This document shows positions 10,761 to 21,778 of a stretch of DNA of 64,000 nt, piece by piece; the first letter of the stretch is position 1; each line of letters starts with the position of its first letter. Made by a program: the position numbers and the translations under genes. The notes beneath the pieces were generated by a model, which saw only the letters and a list, made by a program, of their open reading frames with translations, did no database searches and was not told the DNA's origin. The DNA lies in contig OY969767.1 of assembly GCA_963702895.1 (NCBI GenBank), positions 96,001 through 160,000 on the forward strand. Direction: 5' to 3'. The stretch is from an uncultured Elusimicrobia bacterium (GTDB taxonomy: Bacteria > Elusimicrobiota > Elusimicrobia > 2-01-FULL-59-12).

Positions 10761-11186
10761 ATGAAAAAGAAAGCGGCGAAAGCCAAAGCGAAGTCCAAAG
10801 CCCCTAGGAAAGCCAAAGCGAAAAAGCCCGTCCCATCGAAGACGAAGGCGGCCAAAGCAAAAGCTAAAAAATCACCCTCACGCCGGACTCCCGCGAAAGC
10901 TGGCTCGACGCCCAAACCGGGCGTGATCGCCCCGCCGAAGAGCGTTCTCGTGGGCTATGTGGAGGATTATTTCGCTAAGATCGGCGTGATCGCCCTGACG
11001 CTCAAAGCCCCGCTCGCCGTTGGCCGGAAGATCCAAGTGCTGGGCCACACGACGAATTTTGAGCAACCCGTCGACTCCATGCAGATTGACCATGCCGCCG
11101 TCGAGAAAGCCCGTGCGAAAGACAGCATCGGCATCAAGGTCATCGATCGGGCCCGATGCGGGGACCACGTCTACTTGCTGAAATAA
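10761..11186 (+). CDS. Translation-elongation-factor-like beta-barrel protein with Lys/Ala-rich N-terminal tail
   Basis: GGAGG RBS before ATG 10761; VGYVEDYFAKIGV...GHTTNFEQPVDSMQID pattern. Confidence 0.7.
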   Translation: MKKKAAKAKAKSKAPRKAKAKKPVPSKTKAAKAKAKKSPSRRTPAKAGSTPKPGVIAPPKSVLVGYVEDYFAKIGVIALTLKAPLAVGRKIQVLGHTTNFEQPVDSMQIDHAAVEKARAKDSIGIKVIDRARCGDHVYLLK

Positions 11187-11864
11187 GTGTTGGTCCGTCC
11201 AGCCCCCTTTGTCCTGGCCCTTCTGGGAGGGATGCTTTCACTCTCTCCTGTTCTGGGCACCTCTCCTCGGTTATTGGAAGGCAAGGTGATCGTCCTTGAC
11301 CCTGGACATGCGGTCAAAAACGATGCCGGTAAGATCATTAATCCCGGGTCACAGGCCCGTCGTGGCGCGTTCGAACGAGACGTCACCCTCCAGGTCGCTG
11401 AAACCGTGGCGCCGCTCCTCGAGGCCCAAGGGGCCAAGGTCTTCTTGACGCGCACGAAGATGAACCCTTGGCGATACGGATATTCTCCGCAAGCCGACAA
11501 CCGCGGACGCGCGGTCCTGGCGAACCTTGTGGACGCGGACGCCTATGTCCGCCTTCATTGCGATTGGAACAGGGATAAACGATTCAAGGGCTTCACGACT
11601 TTTTATTACCGATGGGGCAGTCGGGCGCTGGCCGCGCGCATCCACGATTCTTTGGCGAAAGCCTTGGTGGGGCATCGCAATAACGGCCTGAAGCGCCGGA
11701 GCTTTGTGAGCATCTCTGCGCGAATGCCCGCGGTGCTCGTGGAACTGGGCGTCATGTCCCATCCTCAAGAAGGCAAGGACCTCGCCCAGGAAACGTACCA
11801 GGCCCATATGGCGATGGCCGTCGCAGAAGGCATCATCGATTATTTTCAGAATAGCGAATCTTAA
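11187..11864 (+). CDS. N-acetylmuramoyl-L-alanine amidase (Amidase_3)
   Basis: VIVLDPGH, ER, LHCD and MPAVLVELG motifs; signal peptide. Confidence 0.9.
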   Translation: MLVRPAPFVLALLGGMLSLSPVLGTSPRLLEGKVIVLDPGHAVKNDAGKIINPGSQARRGAFERDVTLQVAETVAPLLEAQGAKVFLTRTKMNPWRYGYSPQADNRGRAVLANLVDADAYVRLHCDWNRDKRFKGFTTFYYRWGSRALAARIHDSLAKALVGHRNNGLKRRSFVSISARMPAVLVELGVMSHPQEGKDLAQETYQAHMAMAVAEGIIDYFQNSES

Positions 11865-13802
11865 ATGTACGTCTACAGCAAAACCTATGACGTGATTGTT
11901 GTGGGGGCCGGCCACGCAGGATGCGAAGCGGCCCTGGCGGCTTCGCGGATGGGCCACGCGACGCTGCTTGTGACCATGAATCTGGACACGGTGGCGCAGA
12001 TGTCCTGCAACCCGTCCATTGGGGGACTGGCCAAAGGGCAAATCGTTCGAGAGCTTGACGCTCTGGGCGGCGAGATGGCGAAGAACACGGACCGCTCCGG
12101 TTTGCAGTTCCGGATGCTCAATTCCGCGCGCGGCCCGGCGGTGCAGTCGCCGCGCGCCCAGTGCGACAAGAAGCTCTACCAGTTCTCGATGAAGCACGTG
12201 CTGGAGCGCCAGCCGGGCCTCGACCTCAAGCAAGGGGAGACGGTCCGCGTCCTCACGGAGCACGGACGAGCGGTGGGGGTCGAGGTCAAGACGGGCACCG
12301 TCTATCATGGGAAAGCGGTCATTCTGACGACGGGCACGTTCCTGCGCGGGCTGATGCATGTGGGGCTGACCCAGCACCTGGGCGGCCGCGCCGGGGAACA
12401 TGCAGCGCAGCATCTGTCCGGGTCGCTCTTGGAACTCGGCTTTGAGATGGGACGTCTCAAGACCGGCACACCGCCTCGCTTGAACGCGCGAAGCATCGAC
12501 TTTTCTGTATGCGAGAAACAGCCGGGAGATGAGCCTCCCGTCCCTTTTTCCCATTTTACGGAGCGTCTCACGCAGGAGCAGCTCCCCTGCTGGATCACCC
12601 ACACCCGGGAGGAAACGCACCGCATCATCCGGGAGAACCTGGACCGCTCTCCGCTGTACTCGGGCGTGATCAAGTCCAAGGGCCCCCGCTATTGCCCGTC
12701 CATTGAGGACAAGGTTGTCAAATTCCCGGAGAAGACCCGGCACCACATCTTTCTTGAGCCTGAAGGCTACCACACGGAAGAGATCTATGTGAACGGAATC
12801 TCCACAAGCCTGCCGGAGGACGTGCAGATTCGTATTGTCCATTCGATCCCGGGCCTTGAGCGCGCCGAGTTGATGCGGCCGGGATATGCGGTCGAATATG
12901 ACTATTGTCCCCCCACACAGCTCAAGAGCACGCTGGAGACCAAGAAGGTCGAGTGCCTCTATTTCGCCGGGCAGATCAACGGAACGACGGGCTACGAGGA
13001 GGCCGCCGGGCAGGGTTTCCTGGCCGGCGTCAACGCGGTCCTTAAGGTTCGCGGCGAAGAACCGCTGGTCTTAAAGAGAGACGAAGCCTATCTTGGGGTT
13101 CTCATCGATGACCTGGTGACCAAAGGCGTGGATGAGCCCTACCGCATGTTCACGTCCCGCTCGGAATATCGCCTTCATCTGCGCACCGATAACGCGGACC
13201 TTCGGCTCATGGATTACGGTTATCGGCTGGGACTCCTTCAGGACGAGACCTACAGGGCCTTCTCGAATTACAAAGCTCTAGTGGAAAGAAACCTTCAGCA
13301 TTTGGAGCGTACCCGCAAAGCGGGGACCCAGGACACCCTGGCCAAACGGCTCCGACAGGGAGAGGCCCTGCCGATGAAGTGGATTGAAACTCCTTCTCCC
13401 GACCTTGTGTCGGGAGAAGGTCGGGATGAGGGCACGCCCAAGACTTTGCCCTCACCCGAGGCTACGCCTCGCCCTCTCCCGTCTCACGCCGGGAGAGGGG
13501 ATAGGCTCTACCCCTGGACACCGGAAAAGGTCCGTCAGCAAGTTGAAATACAGATCAAATATGACGGTTACCTGCGCCGCCAGCAGTCCGAGATCCAGCG
13601 GTTCGCCCGCATGGAACGTCGGCGCATCCCTCCTGAATTTGATTTCGACCGCGTCACCGGGCTTCTGACCGAAACACGGCAAAAGATGAATCACATTCGG
13701 CCTGCCTCGATTGGCCAGGCGAGCCGCATCCCGGGGGTGACCCCCTCCGACATCAGCCTGCTCCTCGTGCACCTCGAGCGCCAAAAAGAAGTGGCACGGT
13801 GA
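11865..13802 (+). CDS. mnmG: tRNA uridine-5-carboxymethylaminomethyl modification enzyme MnmG (GidA)
   Basis: [53 protein letters not shown]. Confidence 0.97.
   Translation: MYVYSKTYDVIVVGAGHAGCEAALAASRMGHATLLVTMNLDTVAQMSCNPSIGGLAKGQIVRELDALGGEMAKNTDRSGLQFRMLNSARGPAVQSPRAQCDKKLYQFSMKHVLERQPGLDLKQGETVRVLTEHGRAVGVEVKTGTVYHGKAVILTTGTFLRGLMHVGLTQHLGGRAGEHAAQHLSGSLLELGFEMGRLKTGTPPRLNARSIDFSVCEKQPGDEPPVPFSHFTERLTQEQLPCWITHTREETHRIIRENLDRSPLYSGVIKSKGPRYCPSIEDKVVKFPEKTRHHIFLEPEGYHTEEIYVNGISTSLPEDVQIRIVHSIPGLERAELMRPGYAVEYDYCPPTQLKSTLETKKVECLYFAGQINGTTGYEEAAGQGFLAGVNAVLKVRGEEPLVLKRDEAYLGVLIDDLVTKGVDEPYRMFTSRSEYRLHLRTDNADLRLMDYGYRLGLLQDETYRAFSNYKALVERNLQHLERTRKAGTQDTLAKRLRQGEALPMKWIETPSPDLVSGEGRDEGTPKTLPSPEATPRPLPSHAGRGDRLYPWTPEKVRQQVEIQIKYDGYLRRQQSEIQRFARMERRRIPPEFDFDRVTGLLTETRQKMNHIRPASIGQASRIPGVTPSDISLLLVHLERQKEVAR
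13392..13500. repeat. Family A palindromic repeat (CCTTCTCCC..GGGAGAAGG..CCCTCACCC..CCCTCTCCC..GGGAGAGGG), in frame inside mnmG
   Basis: Near-identical to the reverse complement of 16497-16605. Confidence 0.88.
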
Positions 13803-16471
13803 TGAGCTTGTCTCGGTCCTCTTCATCCGACAAACTCGCCCCCCTGCGGCGTGATATCGATTTCCTGGCCCGCCTCCTGGGTGAAGCGATCCTCACGCAT
13901 GCCGGCGAGCCGGTCTACAAGGCGGTGGCGCATGTCCGCCGTGCCACGCTTGCCCTGCGCCGAAAATACAGTCCCGCCGCGGAGAAAAAGCTGCTGCATT
14001 ACATCCGCGCCCAAGATCTTTCGACCTCCACCCAGATCATTCGCGCCTTCGCGCTGTATTTCCAGCTGGTCAATCTCGCCGAAGAGGTCCATCGTGTCCG
14101 ACGCAAGCGCCATTATGAGAGCCTGCCCAACCACGCGCCCCAGAAAGGGTCGTTGGAGGAGGTGGTGCTCAAGCTTGGCGCTCGCGGCGTCACCCCTCCG
14201 GAAATCCAGAAAAGCCTTGAGCGCATGTCGATCGAAATCGTCCTCACCGCGCACCCCACGGAGGCCCAGCGCCAGACCATTTTGACCAAACTCCTGCGCA
14301 TCGCGGTCTTCATGATCGATCATGAGCGCGCGCGCGCCACGCCTCTGGAAGAGGAGGCCTTTGTCGCGCAGGTGCGCGGCGAAGTGGACGCGCTCTGGCA
14401 AACGGAAAGCATCCGCCGCCGGAAGGTCACCCCGCTCGACGAGGCGGAAAACGGTCTTTTTTATCTCGACCAGATGCTCTTTGAGCGCGTCCCCCGGACG
14501 CTGGAGAAGCTCGAATACCATTTGAATCAGGTCTATGGACGAAAGCTCCGCGTCGGAGACGTCCTGCATGTCGGCTCCTGGATGGGCGCGGACCGCGACG
14601 CCAATCCCTTCGTGACCCACTCGATCACGCGGAAAGTCGCGGAGATGTCCCGGCAGCTCGTTCTGCGCAAATATTTTTCGGCCGTGGATGAGCTGATTGG
14701 CCGCTGCAGCCTCTCCTCGGAGCTCGCGCCGCCCCTGCCGAGTCTGATGGCATCCCTCAAGCGGGACGTCGAGCGCTTGAGCAGACACGCGAAGACCCTC
14801 GAAGGGCGCTTTATGAATGAACCTTATCGCCAGAAGCTTTCCTTTATGAAGCACAAGTTGGGGATGATGATCGCGGGAGGCAAGGGGTACCCCAACGCCA
14901 GGTCCTTCCTCAGGGACGCCGAGCTGATCGAGGACGCCCTCCGTCACGCTCGTTCGGCCTTGGCGGGAGACGTGGCGTTTCTCTGCCGCCAGATCAGGAT
15001 CTTCGGATTTCATCTGGTTTCGCTTGACATCCGGGAGAATTCGCTGGCCATCCATGCCGCTTCCATCGCTAAACGATCGGGTACCCTGAGCGCCGATACC
15101 AAGGAAGTTCTTCAAACGATCCGCGCCATCAGGAAGATTCAGGACGAGGTTGACCCGAAAAGCCTCACGGCCTACGTGATCAGCTTGGCCCATGAGAAGG
15201 ATGATGTTCTGGAGCTCCTCGCTTTGCTTCAAAAAGAAGGCCTGGGCGGACGCGTGGACATCGTGCCGCTTTTTGAGAGCATCGCGGATTTGAGACATTC
15301 CGATGAGGTGATGTCCGAGCTCTACGAACATCCTGTCTACCGCCGGCATCTTAAAGAGCGCGGCAATGTCCAAGAAATTATGGTGGGCTATTCCGATTCC
15401 AACAAAGACGGCGGCTTCTTCACCTCGGGCTGGGAGCTCTATAAAGCGCAGCTGGAACTCACCGAGGCCGCCAAGCGCCACGGCGTTCGCCAGGTGCTCT
15501 TCCATGGTCGGGGCGGCGCGATCGGCCGCGGCGGTGGTCCGCTCAATCAGGCGATTCTGGCTCAGCCTCTCGAAACGGTGCAGGGCATGATCAAAATGAC
15601 CGAGCAGGGGGAGATGATCCATAACAAGTACGGCAACCCCTATCTCGCTGATCGAAACCTTGAGCTCATTCTTTCGGCCATGATCGAAAGTGATTTGCTG
15701 ACGGAGCCCTTGGCGCTGGAGGGAGCCTGGGTCAAAGCCGCGGAAGATCTTTCACAGCTTTCCTTTAAGGCTTACCGGGGCCTTGTGTACGATGATCCGG
15801 ATTTTGAGACCTTTTTTGACGAGTGCACACCCATCCGTGAGATCCAGGAACTGAATATCGGCTCGCGCCCCGCGCGCCGCGTGGCAGATTCCACGCGCAT
15901 CGAGGACCTGCGCGCCATTCCCTGGGTCTTTTCCTGGACCCAGTCCCGCTATACGCTGCCGGGTTGGTACGGGTTCGGCACCGCCCTGAAGTTCTGGCTG
16001 GAGGGCAGAGGAGTGAAGAATGAGAAGAAACACGGTTCCAGCCGCCCTTCCTCCCATGGCCATCGCCTCTCGGTCCTCCGGCAGATGTACCGGGACTGGC
16101 CTTTTTTCAAGTCCCAAGTCGATTTTATGGCCATGAGCGCGCAAAAGGCCGACATGCATATCGCCCGGCGCTACGCGGAGCTGGTGGAGGACAAGAGCAT
16201 GCGTGAGAGGATCTTCTCGCGCATCGAAGGGGAGCACCGGTGGCTGGTCGAGGGCATTCTCTCGATCACCGGAGAAAAGGCGACGCTGCAGTCCAATCCG
16301 ACGCTGCAGAGCTCGATCAAGCGGCGCAACCCTTACGTTGACGCGCTCAGCTATTTCCAGATCAGCCTTCTCCAGGCCTGGCGGGCTTCCGGTCGGACGC
16401 GGGATGATTTGAAGCATGCCGTTCTTTTATCCATCAATGGGGTCGCCAACGGCATGCGAAATACGGGATAA
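13799..16471 (+). CDS. ppc: Phosphoenolpyruvate carboxylase
   Basis: [34 protein letters not shown] and C-terminal GMRNTG. Confidence 0.96.
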   Translation: MMSLSRSSSSDKLAPLRRDIDFLARLLGEAILTHAGEPVYKAVAHVRRATLALRRKYSPAAEKKLLHYIRAQDLSTSTQIIRAFALYFQLVNLAEEVHRVRRKRHYESLPNHAPQKGSLEEVVLKLGARGVTPPEIQKSLERMSIEIVLTAHPTEAQRQTILTKLLRIAVFMIDHERARATPLEEEAFVAQVRGEVDALWQTESIRRRKVTPLDEAENGLFYLDQMLFERVPRTLEKLEYHLNQVYGRKLRVGDVLHVGSWMGADRDANPFVTHSITRKVAEMSRQLVLRKYFSAVDELIGRCSLSSELAPPLPSLMASLKRDVERLSRHAKTLEGRFMNEPYRQKLSFMKHKLGMMIAGGKGYPNARSFLRDAELIEDALRHARSALAGDVAFLCRQIRIFGFHLVSLDIRENSLAIHAASIAKRSGTLSADTKEVLQTIRAIRKIQDEVDPKSLTAYVISLAHEKDDVLELLALLQKEGLGGRVDIVPLFESIADLRHSDEVMSELYEHPVYRRHLKERGNVQEIMVGYSDSNKDGGFFTSGWELYKAQLELTEAAKRHGVRQVLFHGRGGAIGRGGGPLNQAILAQPLETVQGMIKMTEQGEMIHNKYGNPYLADRNLELILSAMIESDLLTEPLALEGAWVKAAEDLSQLSFKAYRGLVYDDPDFETFFDECTPIREIQELNIGSRPARRVADSTRIEDLRAIPWVFSWTQSRYTLPGWYGFGTALKFWLEGRGVKNEKKHGSSRPSSHGHRLSVLRQMYRDWPFFKSQVDFMAMSAQKADMHIARRYAELVEDKSMRERIFSRIEGEHRWLVEGILSITGEKATLQSNPTLQSSIKRRNPYVDALSYFQISLLQAWRASGRTRDDLKHAVLLSINGVANGMRNTG

Positions 16472-16494
16472 TAGAACAGCCTATCCGAAAAACA

Positions 16495-16607
16495 CCCCCC
16501 TCTCCCGGCGTGAGACGGGAGAGGGCGAGGCGTAGCCTCGGGTGAGGGCAAAGGCTTGAGCGTGCCCTCATCCCGACCTTCTCCCATCCTGCGGACGGGA
16601 GAAGGGG
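16495..16607. repeat. Family A palindromic repeat, intergenic between ppc and purE
   Basis: Two terminal CTCCC/GGGAG hairpins and central GGGTGAGGGCA..TGCCCTCATCCC arms. Confidence 0.88.
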
Positions 16608-16650
16608 TTTCTGGAACCGCCTCTAAGGAAAGCAACAGAAAGGATCCGTT

Positions 16651-17133
16651 ATGTCCAAACCCTTGGTCATAGTCTTAATGGGCAGCAAATCCGATTGGGA
16701 GACGATGCAGCATGCCTGCGTGACACTGAATGAGTTCAAGGTGCCGCATGAAAGCCGGGTGCTTTCCGCACACCGGACCCCCAAAGAAACGGCGGAGTAT
16801 ATCACGAAAGCGGAAGGTCGAGGCGTCGAGGTCGTGATCGCGGCGGCAGGCGGCGCGGCGCACTTGGCCGGCGTTTGCGCGGCGCATACGGCCCTTCCCG
16901 TGCTGGGCGTGCCCATGACGAGCGCTTTGAATGGCCTGGACTCCTTGCTCTCCACCGTCCAAATGCCTGCTGGTATTCCCGTGGGAACTTTGGCGATCGG
17001 CAAAGCAGGAGCGACGAACGCCGCTCTCTTGGCGGTGTCGATCCTCTCGCTTTCACGGCCTGAGCTCAAGAAGAAGATCAAACAATACCGTCAAGCGCAG
17101 TCGAACAAAGTCTTAACGGAGAAGCTGTCCTAA
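16651..17133 (+). CDS. purE: N5-CAIR mutase PurE
   Basis: MGSKSD, SAHRTP, AGGAAHLAG, STVQMPAGIPV. Confidence 0.97.
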   Translation: MSKPLVIVLMGSKSDWETMQHACVTLNEFKVPHESRVLSAHRTPKETAEYITKAEGRGVEVVIAAAGGAAHLAGVCAAHTALPVLGVPMTSALNGLDSLLSTVQMPAGIPVGTLAIGKAGATNAALLAVSILSLSRPELKKKIKQYRQAQSNKVLTEKLS

Positions 17134-17146
17134 GCAGAAAGAATTC

Positions 17147-18217
17147 ATGAACCAACAACCGCTCACACGCGACGTCCTCATTCGCATTTTCTTCTTTAGT
17201 GCTTTTGCTTTGATCTTATACCAGCTCTTTCTTCTGGCGCGGCCTTTCTTGACCGCCATGTTGGGTGCTGCGATGCTGGCCTTGATCTTTTATCCCCTTC
17301 ACGTGCGAATCGTCAGAAAGCTTCGTAACCGGACCGCCGCCTCGCTCCTGAGCACCCTCGGCGTGCTGCTCTTGGGCGTGCTTCCTCTGGTGGGGATCAC
17401 ATGGTTCTTTATCCGTGAAGCCTCGGACCTGGCGCCGGTCATCAAAAGGTTCTTGGATGAGCTCCGGGCGCGCGACTGGCCGACACTCGAGGCGCGTCTC
17501 CCTTCCATTCTTCAACGCGCTGTTGGGTTTTTGTCCAATATCTTCACGCATATGAATGTTGATTTTAGAGAGGTCCTCTTGGACAATGCCCGCACGGTGG
17601 GAACGAAGGTCACCTTTTGGGCTTCACAGGCGCTTCGCAACATCGCGGTGACGCTGCTCAATATCTTGATCCTTTCCATCGCGCTCTTCTTCGCCTTCCT
17701 CGATGGGGAGCGCCTGCTGCAGTGGGCGATTTCCCTCATTCCGATGCGGGCTTCCCATAAACAAATTGTCGCCCAACGAGTCTATGAGACCTTCCGAGCT
17801 GTCGTTGTGGGTTCATTTTTGACCGCGACCGCTCAAGGGGCGCTCGCCATCATCGGCTTTCTGATCGCCGGCGTGAAGCTTCCCGTGGTGTTGGGGATCA
17901 CCACGAGCCTTGCGGCGATGCTGGGGGCTTCTATCCTCGTCACCATTCCCGTCGCTCTGTCGGTGATGCGGGAGAATGTCGGGTGGGGTTTCTTTCTTCT
18001 TGTCTGGGCGCTCGGCGTGGTGGGGGTCGTGGATAATTTTCTTAAACCCATTCTCATTGGCTCGCGCGCGAGGATGCCCATTATCCTGATTTTCTTCAGC
18101 ATTGTCGGGGGCGTCAAACTCTATGGGTTTCTCGGCTTTATCCTCGGCCCCCTCCTGATGGCCGGCTTTTTGTCCTTCGTTAAAATCTACCGCGAGGAAT
18201 ACGACACCAATTCATGA
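17147..18217 (+). CDS. AI-2E family transporter
   Basis: Multi-TM; DNFLKPILIG and GFILGP motifs. Confidence 0.88.
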   Translation: MNQQPLTRDVLIRIFFFSAFALILYQLFLLARPFLTAMLGAAMLALIFYPLHVRIVRKLRNRTAASLLSTLGVLLLGVLPLVGITWFFIREASDLAPVIKRFLDELRARDWPTLEARLPSILQRAVGFLSNIFTHMNVDFREVLLDNARTVGTKVTFWASQALRNIAVTLLNILILSIALFFAFLDGERLLQWAISLIPMRASHKQIVAQRVYETFRAVVVGSFLTATAQGALAIIGFLIAGVKLPVVLGITTSLAAMLGASILVTIPVALSVMRENVGWGFFLLVWALGVVGVVDNFLKPILIGSRARMPIILIFFSIVGGVKLYGFLGFILGPLLMAGFLSFVKIYREEYDTNS

Positions 18218-18984
18218 CGGACTCCGCCAAGAAGGCCCTGCAGGCAACCGCCTCTTTTTTCTGGGTGGTGGCCTTTGGGGTGGGGGTTGTCCGCGTCCGC
18301 TCCGCATTCGTGAAGTCTGCCGATGCCCTCCAAGAGACCCAGGCGCTCGTCACGCAAATCGCTCAAGAATCCCTCACCCTTGAGAACGCGACACGCCGTA
18401 TCCAGGAGGCCGACCAACAAACAGAGTTTTTAAGAGGGCTTGTCAGTTTATTGCCTGAGAGCAAGAGTTTCGTTCGCACGCAGCGCGCGATGTCGGACGA
18501 AGTCGAGGCCCTGCGCTACAAAGTCGGCCGCAAAGTCAAAAATGACCTGCATGTTCTGGTGGATACCCGCGCCAATAAACTTTATGTGAAACAGGGCCTG
18601 GTCCTCCTCTGGGAAGCGGACTGTTCCGTGGGCCGAGGCGGCATCCTCACGGATATGCTCACGGGACGCCGCTGGGAGTTTGTGACGCCCCGCGGGCAAT
18701 TTGAGATACGCGAGAAGATCGAAAACCCTTTATGGATTAAGCCTGACTGGGCGTTTGTCGAAGAGAAAAAACCGATTCCCCCTCCCGGAGATGCGAGCCG
18801 TCAAGCGGAGGGCGAATTGGGAGGCTATGTGCTTAATCTCGGAGATGGCTATCTCATTCACGGCACGAAGGATGAGTCCGCGTTGGGACGTCCGGTCTCT
18901 CATGGTTGCGTACGTCTCGGGGCCCAGGACCTCGAGCGCCTCTATGAAATCGCACCCAAGTGGACGAAGGTGTACATCTACTGA
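18214..18984 (+). CDS. L,D-transpeptidase (YkuD family) with N-terminal anchor and coiled coil
   Basis: TPRG, IHGT...SHGCVRL catalytic motif. Confidence 0.9.
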   Translation: MTDSAKKALQATASFFWVVAFGVGVVRVRSAFVKSADALQETQALVTQIAQESLTLENATRRIQEADQQTEFLRGLVSLLPESKSFVRTQRAMSDEVEALRYKVGRKVKNDLHVLVDTRANKLYVKQGLVLLWEADCSVGRGGILTDMLTGRRWEFVTPRGQFEIREKIENPLWIKPDWAFVEEKKPIPPPGDASRQAEGELGGYVLNLGDGYLIHGTKDESALGRPVSHGCVRLGAQDLERLYEIAPKWTKVYIY

Positions 18985-19808
18985 TGAGCTCCGATCAAAT
19001 TTTATCGAAACTGCTGGGCCAGGCCCGCCCGCTTTGGGTCATGCTTGTGGCGGTGGGGATCCTCATCGCGCTTTTCATCGCCCCGTGGACCCTGCACGAG
19101 ATCATGCTTCGTGAAAAGGCCCTCCAGGACGATCTTCGCGTTACGCTCGAGCAAAGCATTGCTGCGCGTGAGCGCGTGAGCGCCCATGATACCCTCAAGA
19201 CGCTCGATCTGGAGCAGCTCAAAGCGGGACTGAGCGGGAACGCGCAATCACAAAAATCACTCTTTGAGTCCGGATTGTCGCTTCAAGAAGAACGCCGGCT
19301 CCTGGAGAAGCAGCTGGAAATTATCACCACGAGCCTGTTTGTGAACCCTTCCCTTCAGCGTGTCTTCTTGATGCGTGCCGAACAGCCCCTGCAAAGCTAC
19401 TTGTTGTCCTATGTTCCCCTCAAAGCGTATGCCGGCGCACCCGTGACGCTTCCGGGCGTGGTCCGGATCACGTCCAAGGAACGCTTCGCGCATCCAGAGC
19501 GAGGCATGTCCGAACAGATTGAGGGTTTTCTGCAATGGGTACCGCCGCAAGTGGGCACTTCCCTGCGGTCTAAAGCTCTGGGGGAATTTGTGATGTTTAC
19601 CAACAGTGCCCTCATTCTGCATGGGGCCCCTGTGAATGCGGAAGACCACGAACGGTTTCAGCACGCGTGTTTAGGATTAGAAAGCGAAGCGGCGAGAAAA
19701 CTCTATCGTGCCAGCTTCATCGGGACCAAAATCTCACTCACCAACATCACGATCGAGGGAGTCCCTTTGCCGCTGCCCTCTGAGCTCACGCCCGGCACCA
19801 CACCTTAA
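18984..19808 (+). CDS. Membrane-anchored protein with divergent YkuD-like domain
   Basis: ATG overlaps the upstream TGA; LILHG...QHACLGL resembles the YkuD motif. Confidence 0.55.
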   Translation: MSSDQILSKLLGQARPLWVMLVAVGILIALFIAPWTLHEIMLREKALQDDLRVTLEQSIAARERVSAHDTLKTLDLEQLKAGLSGNAQSQKSLFESGLSLQEERRLLEKQLEIITTSLFVNPSLQRVFLMRAEQPLQSYLLSYVPLKAYAGAPVTLPGVVRITSKERFAHPERGMSEQIEGFLQWVPPQVGTSLRSKALGEFVMFTNSALILHGAPVNAEDHERFQHACLGLESEAARKLYRASFIGTKISLTNITIEGVPLPLPSELTPGTTP

Positions 19809-19814
19809 GATAGG

Positions 19815-21047
19815 TTACATAGAGCGCGATCGCCACGCTCGCTCGGAGGTCTTGGAATCCGGTTCCACACGAAAACGCACCGAACCAATCGTGCGGCCAT
19901 CTTCTGTTTCAATGAGCACCCGCCACCGCCCCGGTTCGTACCTCGATTTCGCGCCATAACCACGGTAACCTTCCCCCCGGCCCCCCACGATGGGAAGAGG
20001 GAAGCGGTCCGTCGTGATAAACGTGTTGTTCTCCCGATCCTCCTTCTCCCAGACCAAAAAGATCCGATGCGTGAACCGACGAGGCGCAAACACGCGCACA
20101 AAACAGAAAATGGCGTCCCCCGGTCGCGCGAGAAAGATGCGACTGTCGTGTTGCCAGAAGCGGTACCAAGGCGGCTTGGGCGAGGCGAGCTTGTAGCGGT
20201 CTCCTTCTCGGCTCACCTGATGATAGATCCCTCCATACTGCATGGACAATGGCACAGGAGGGATCCACTTCAACACATAGAGCGCGATCACAAGCAGCAA
20301 AAGCACAGCCGGAGGCCACCCTAAGGCGATAGCAGTGGCACGCTCGGAAACGACCGGGTCTTGTGTCGTCATCCCGGCGGAAGCCGGCCCTCCAAACTCC
20401 CGGCGGGCCGGGTCGCCGGCTGCTTGGAGACCCGGGATCCACGGTTCGCTTGTTTCTGGACCCCGGTTTTCACCGGGGTGACGTCTTATCTCGACAATTC
20501 GGGTCAACCGCGCCAGGTGCCGCACGAGATAATAGGAGCACAGCCCTGTGAGAAGGACCGCGAGCGCAAAGGTCCACCCACCCATCCGCCCTACGAGGAT
20601 GGGGATGAGGTAGTTGAGATAGGACACCAAGCAAAACGCGTGAAGCCCCAGGCGCATCTTGGAACCGGCGGCCTTCACCTGCGGCATTTCGTTCGCAAAC
20701 ATCAGGAGAAGCACGAGGAGCAGAAACACCATGGAACGCGGCCCGGTCGTGCTTTTGAAATAGAGGATCACATAAGCGCTCAGGAGTCCTCCGTAACAGA
20801 AGTGAATGGCTTCTGTTTCGAAGTGCCAGAGGCGTGCCACCCAGCCGGTCGGGCGCCATATCCCCAATTCATAGCGGAATTGGCGGACCAGGATGAGCGT
20901 GATCAGACCTAAGTAGGTGCTCTGGTAGATCAGATCAAGAAGGGAGTCAATTCGGACCAATGTGAAAACGTCAAAAAGGAACCCGCCCACAAAGAAGAGG
21001 ACGTTGCGATTTCGGGAGGCCCAGTCTTTGGCGATTCGATAATCCAC
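19815..21047 (-). CDS. DUF2914-like membrane protein carrying an in-frame repeat insertion
   Basis: N-terminal TM helices, IPPVPLS, GGRGEGYRGY, PGRWRV. Confidence 0.75.
   Translation of the reverse strand: MDYRIAKDWASRNRNVLFFVGGFLFDVFTLVRIDSLLDLIYQSTYLGLITLILVRQFRYELGIWRPTGWVARLWHFETEAIHFCYGGLLSAYVILYFKSTTGPRSMVFLLLVLLLMFANEMPQVKAAGSKMRLGLHAFCLVSYLNYLIPILVGRMGGWTFALAVLLTGLCSYYLVRHLARLTRIVEIRRHPGENRGPETSEPWIPGLQAAGDPARREFGGPASAGMTTQDPVVSERATAIALGWPPAVLLLLVIALYVLKWIPPVPLSMQYGGIYHQVSREGDRYKLASPKPPWYRFWQHDSRIFLARPGDAIFCFVRVFAPRRFTHRIFLVWEKEDRENNTFITTDRFPLPIVGGRGEGYRGYGAKSRYEPGRWRVLIETEDGRTIGSVRFRVEPDSKTSERAWRSRSM
20368..20482. repeat. Family B palindromic repeat (GTCATCCCGG..CCGGGATCCA..GACCCCGG..CCGGGGTGAC), in frame, with a nested insert
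   Basis: Same termini as copies at 38597, 48175, 52990, 54917, 56237 and 61201. Confidence 0.85.
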
Positions 21048-21086
21048 TCTGTGATATTCTACCTGTTAAACCAGTATGATAAAGGC

Positions 21087-21455
21087 ATGTCGAACCCCAG
21101 CGCTCATTCGCGAAAGCGGGCGCCCCGAAGAAATCTCGTCGCCATCGATGGGACGCTCGATGTTGTTTCCAAGCTCTCGATTGAGGTCCAGGAAAATGGT
21201 CTGAACGCGGAACCTTTTGAGCTGCGGATCATTCACCGGGACGGCGTGCGGGAGCATGTGGAGTGCAACAACCCTGCTTGCTTTGAGGGTGGCTTCTCGT
21301 TGGGACAAGTGCTGCGCGAGATGGTGGCCAACCGCCAGGGGGAGTTTATCGGTACGTGCTTCTGCACGGGCCAGGAAGGCCATCCCGATGAGGAAGGCCC
21401 CCACCCCTCCTGCTCCACCCGCTTTGAAGTAGAAGTCACCCTCCACTACCGCTGA
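21087..21455 (+). CDS. Small hypothetical protein with Cys motifs (possible Zn binding)
   Basis: ECNNPAC, CFCTGQEG, SCSTRF. Confidence 0.6.
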   Translation: MSNPSAHSRKRAPRRNLVAIDGTLDVVSKLSIEVQENGLNAEPFELRIIHRDGVREHVECNNPACFEGGFSLGQVLREMVANRQGEFIGTCFCTGQEGHPDEEGPHPSCSTRFEVEVTLHYR

Positions 21456-21462
21456 ACCATCC

Positions 21463-21765
21463 CGCGCCAACCGAGTGGTGGGCTGCTCGTTCCGTCGGCT
21501 TGTATCGCCAGACGTCTGGCGATCACGTCCCTCCGGCTCCGATTCCTCGTACAACTCCTCGCCCCCCGGACCCCCCATCTTAAGAGGACGGGGGGCTTCG
21601 TCGTCCCGCCCACTTTATAAGCGCCGGAGGCGCGGGTATAGTCGGGACAGCCCCGGCCTTCTAGTAATTCATGAGGAAGCGGGGCGAACAGTACTCGGAG
21701 AATCATCTCCGTCTTCGGGACTCAAGCCTCCAAGTCACTCGCTAGCCCACCACTCGGCTGGCGCG
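21463..21765 (-). repeat. Long rod-like inverted-repeat element R2
   Basis: Terminal arms 21463-21484/21744-21765 match 21/22. Confidence 0.8.
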
Positions 21766-21778
21766 AGTGAATAACAAA

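Noticed and set aside
10268..10915. 215-aa minus-strand ORF, and tmRNA/6S identity for the GGGGCGG-starting region
   Set aside because: The ORF is a shadow of a low-complexity gene plus R1; no tmRNA T-arm/CCA end is seen; R1 has relatives R2 and R3, arguing against single-copy 6S.
11349..15622. Long antisense ORFs (497 and 599 aa)
   Set aside because: Shadows of mnmG and ppc caused by high-GC codon bias.
21446..21774. Short ORFs across R2
   Set aside because: No RBS or protein features; explained by the repeat element.
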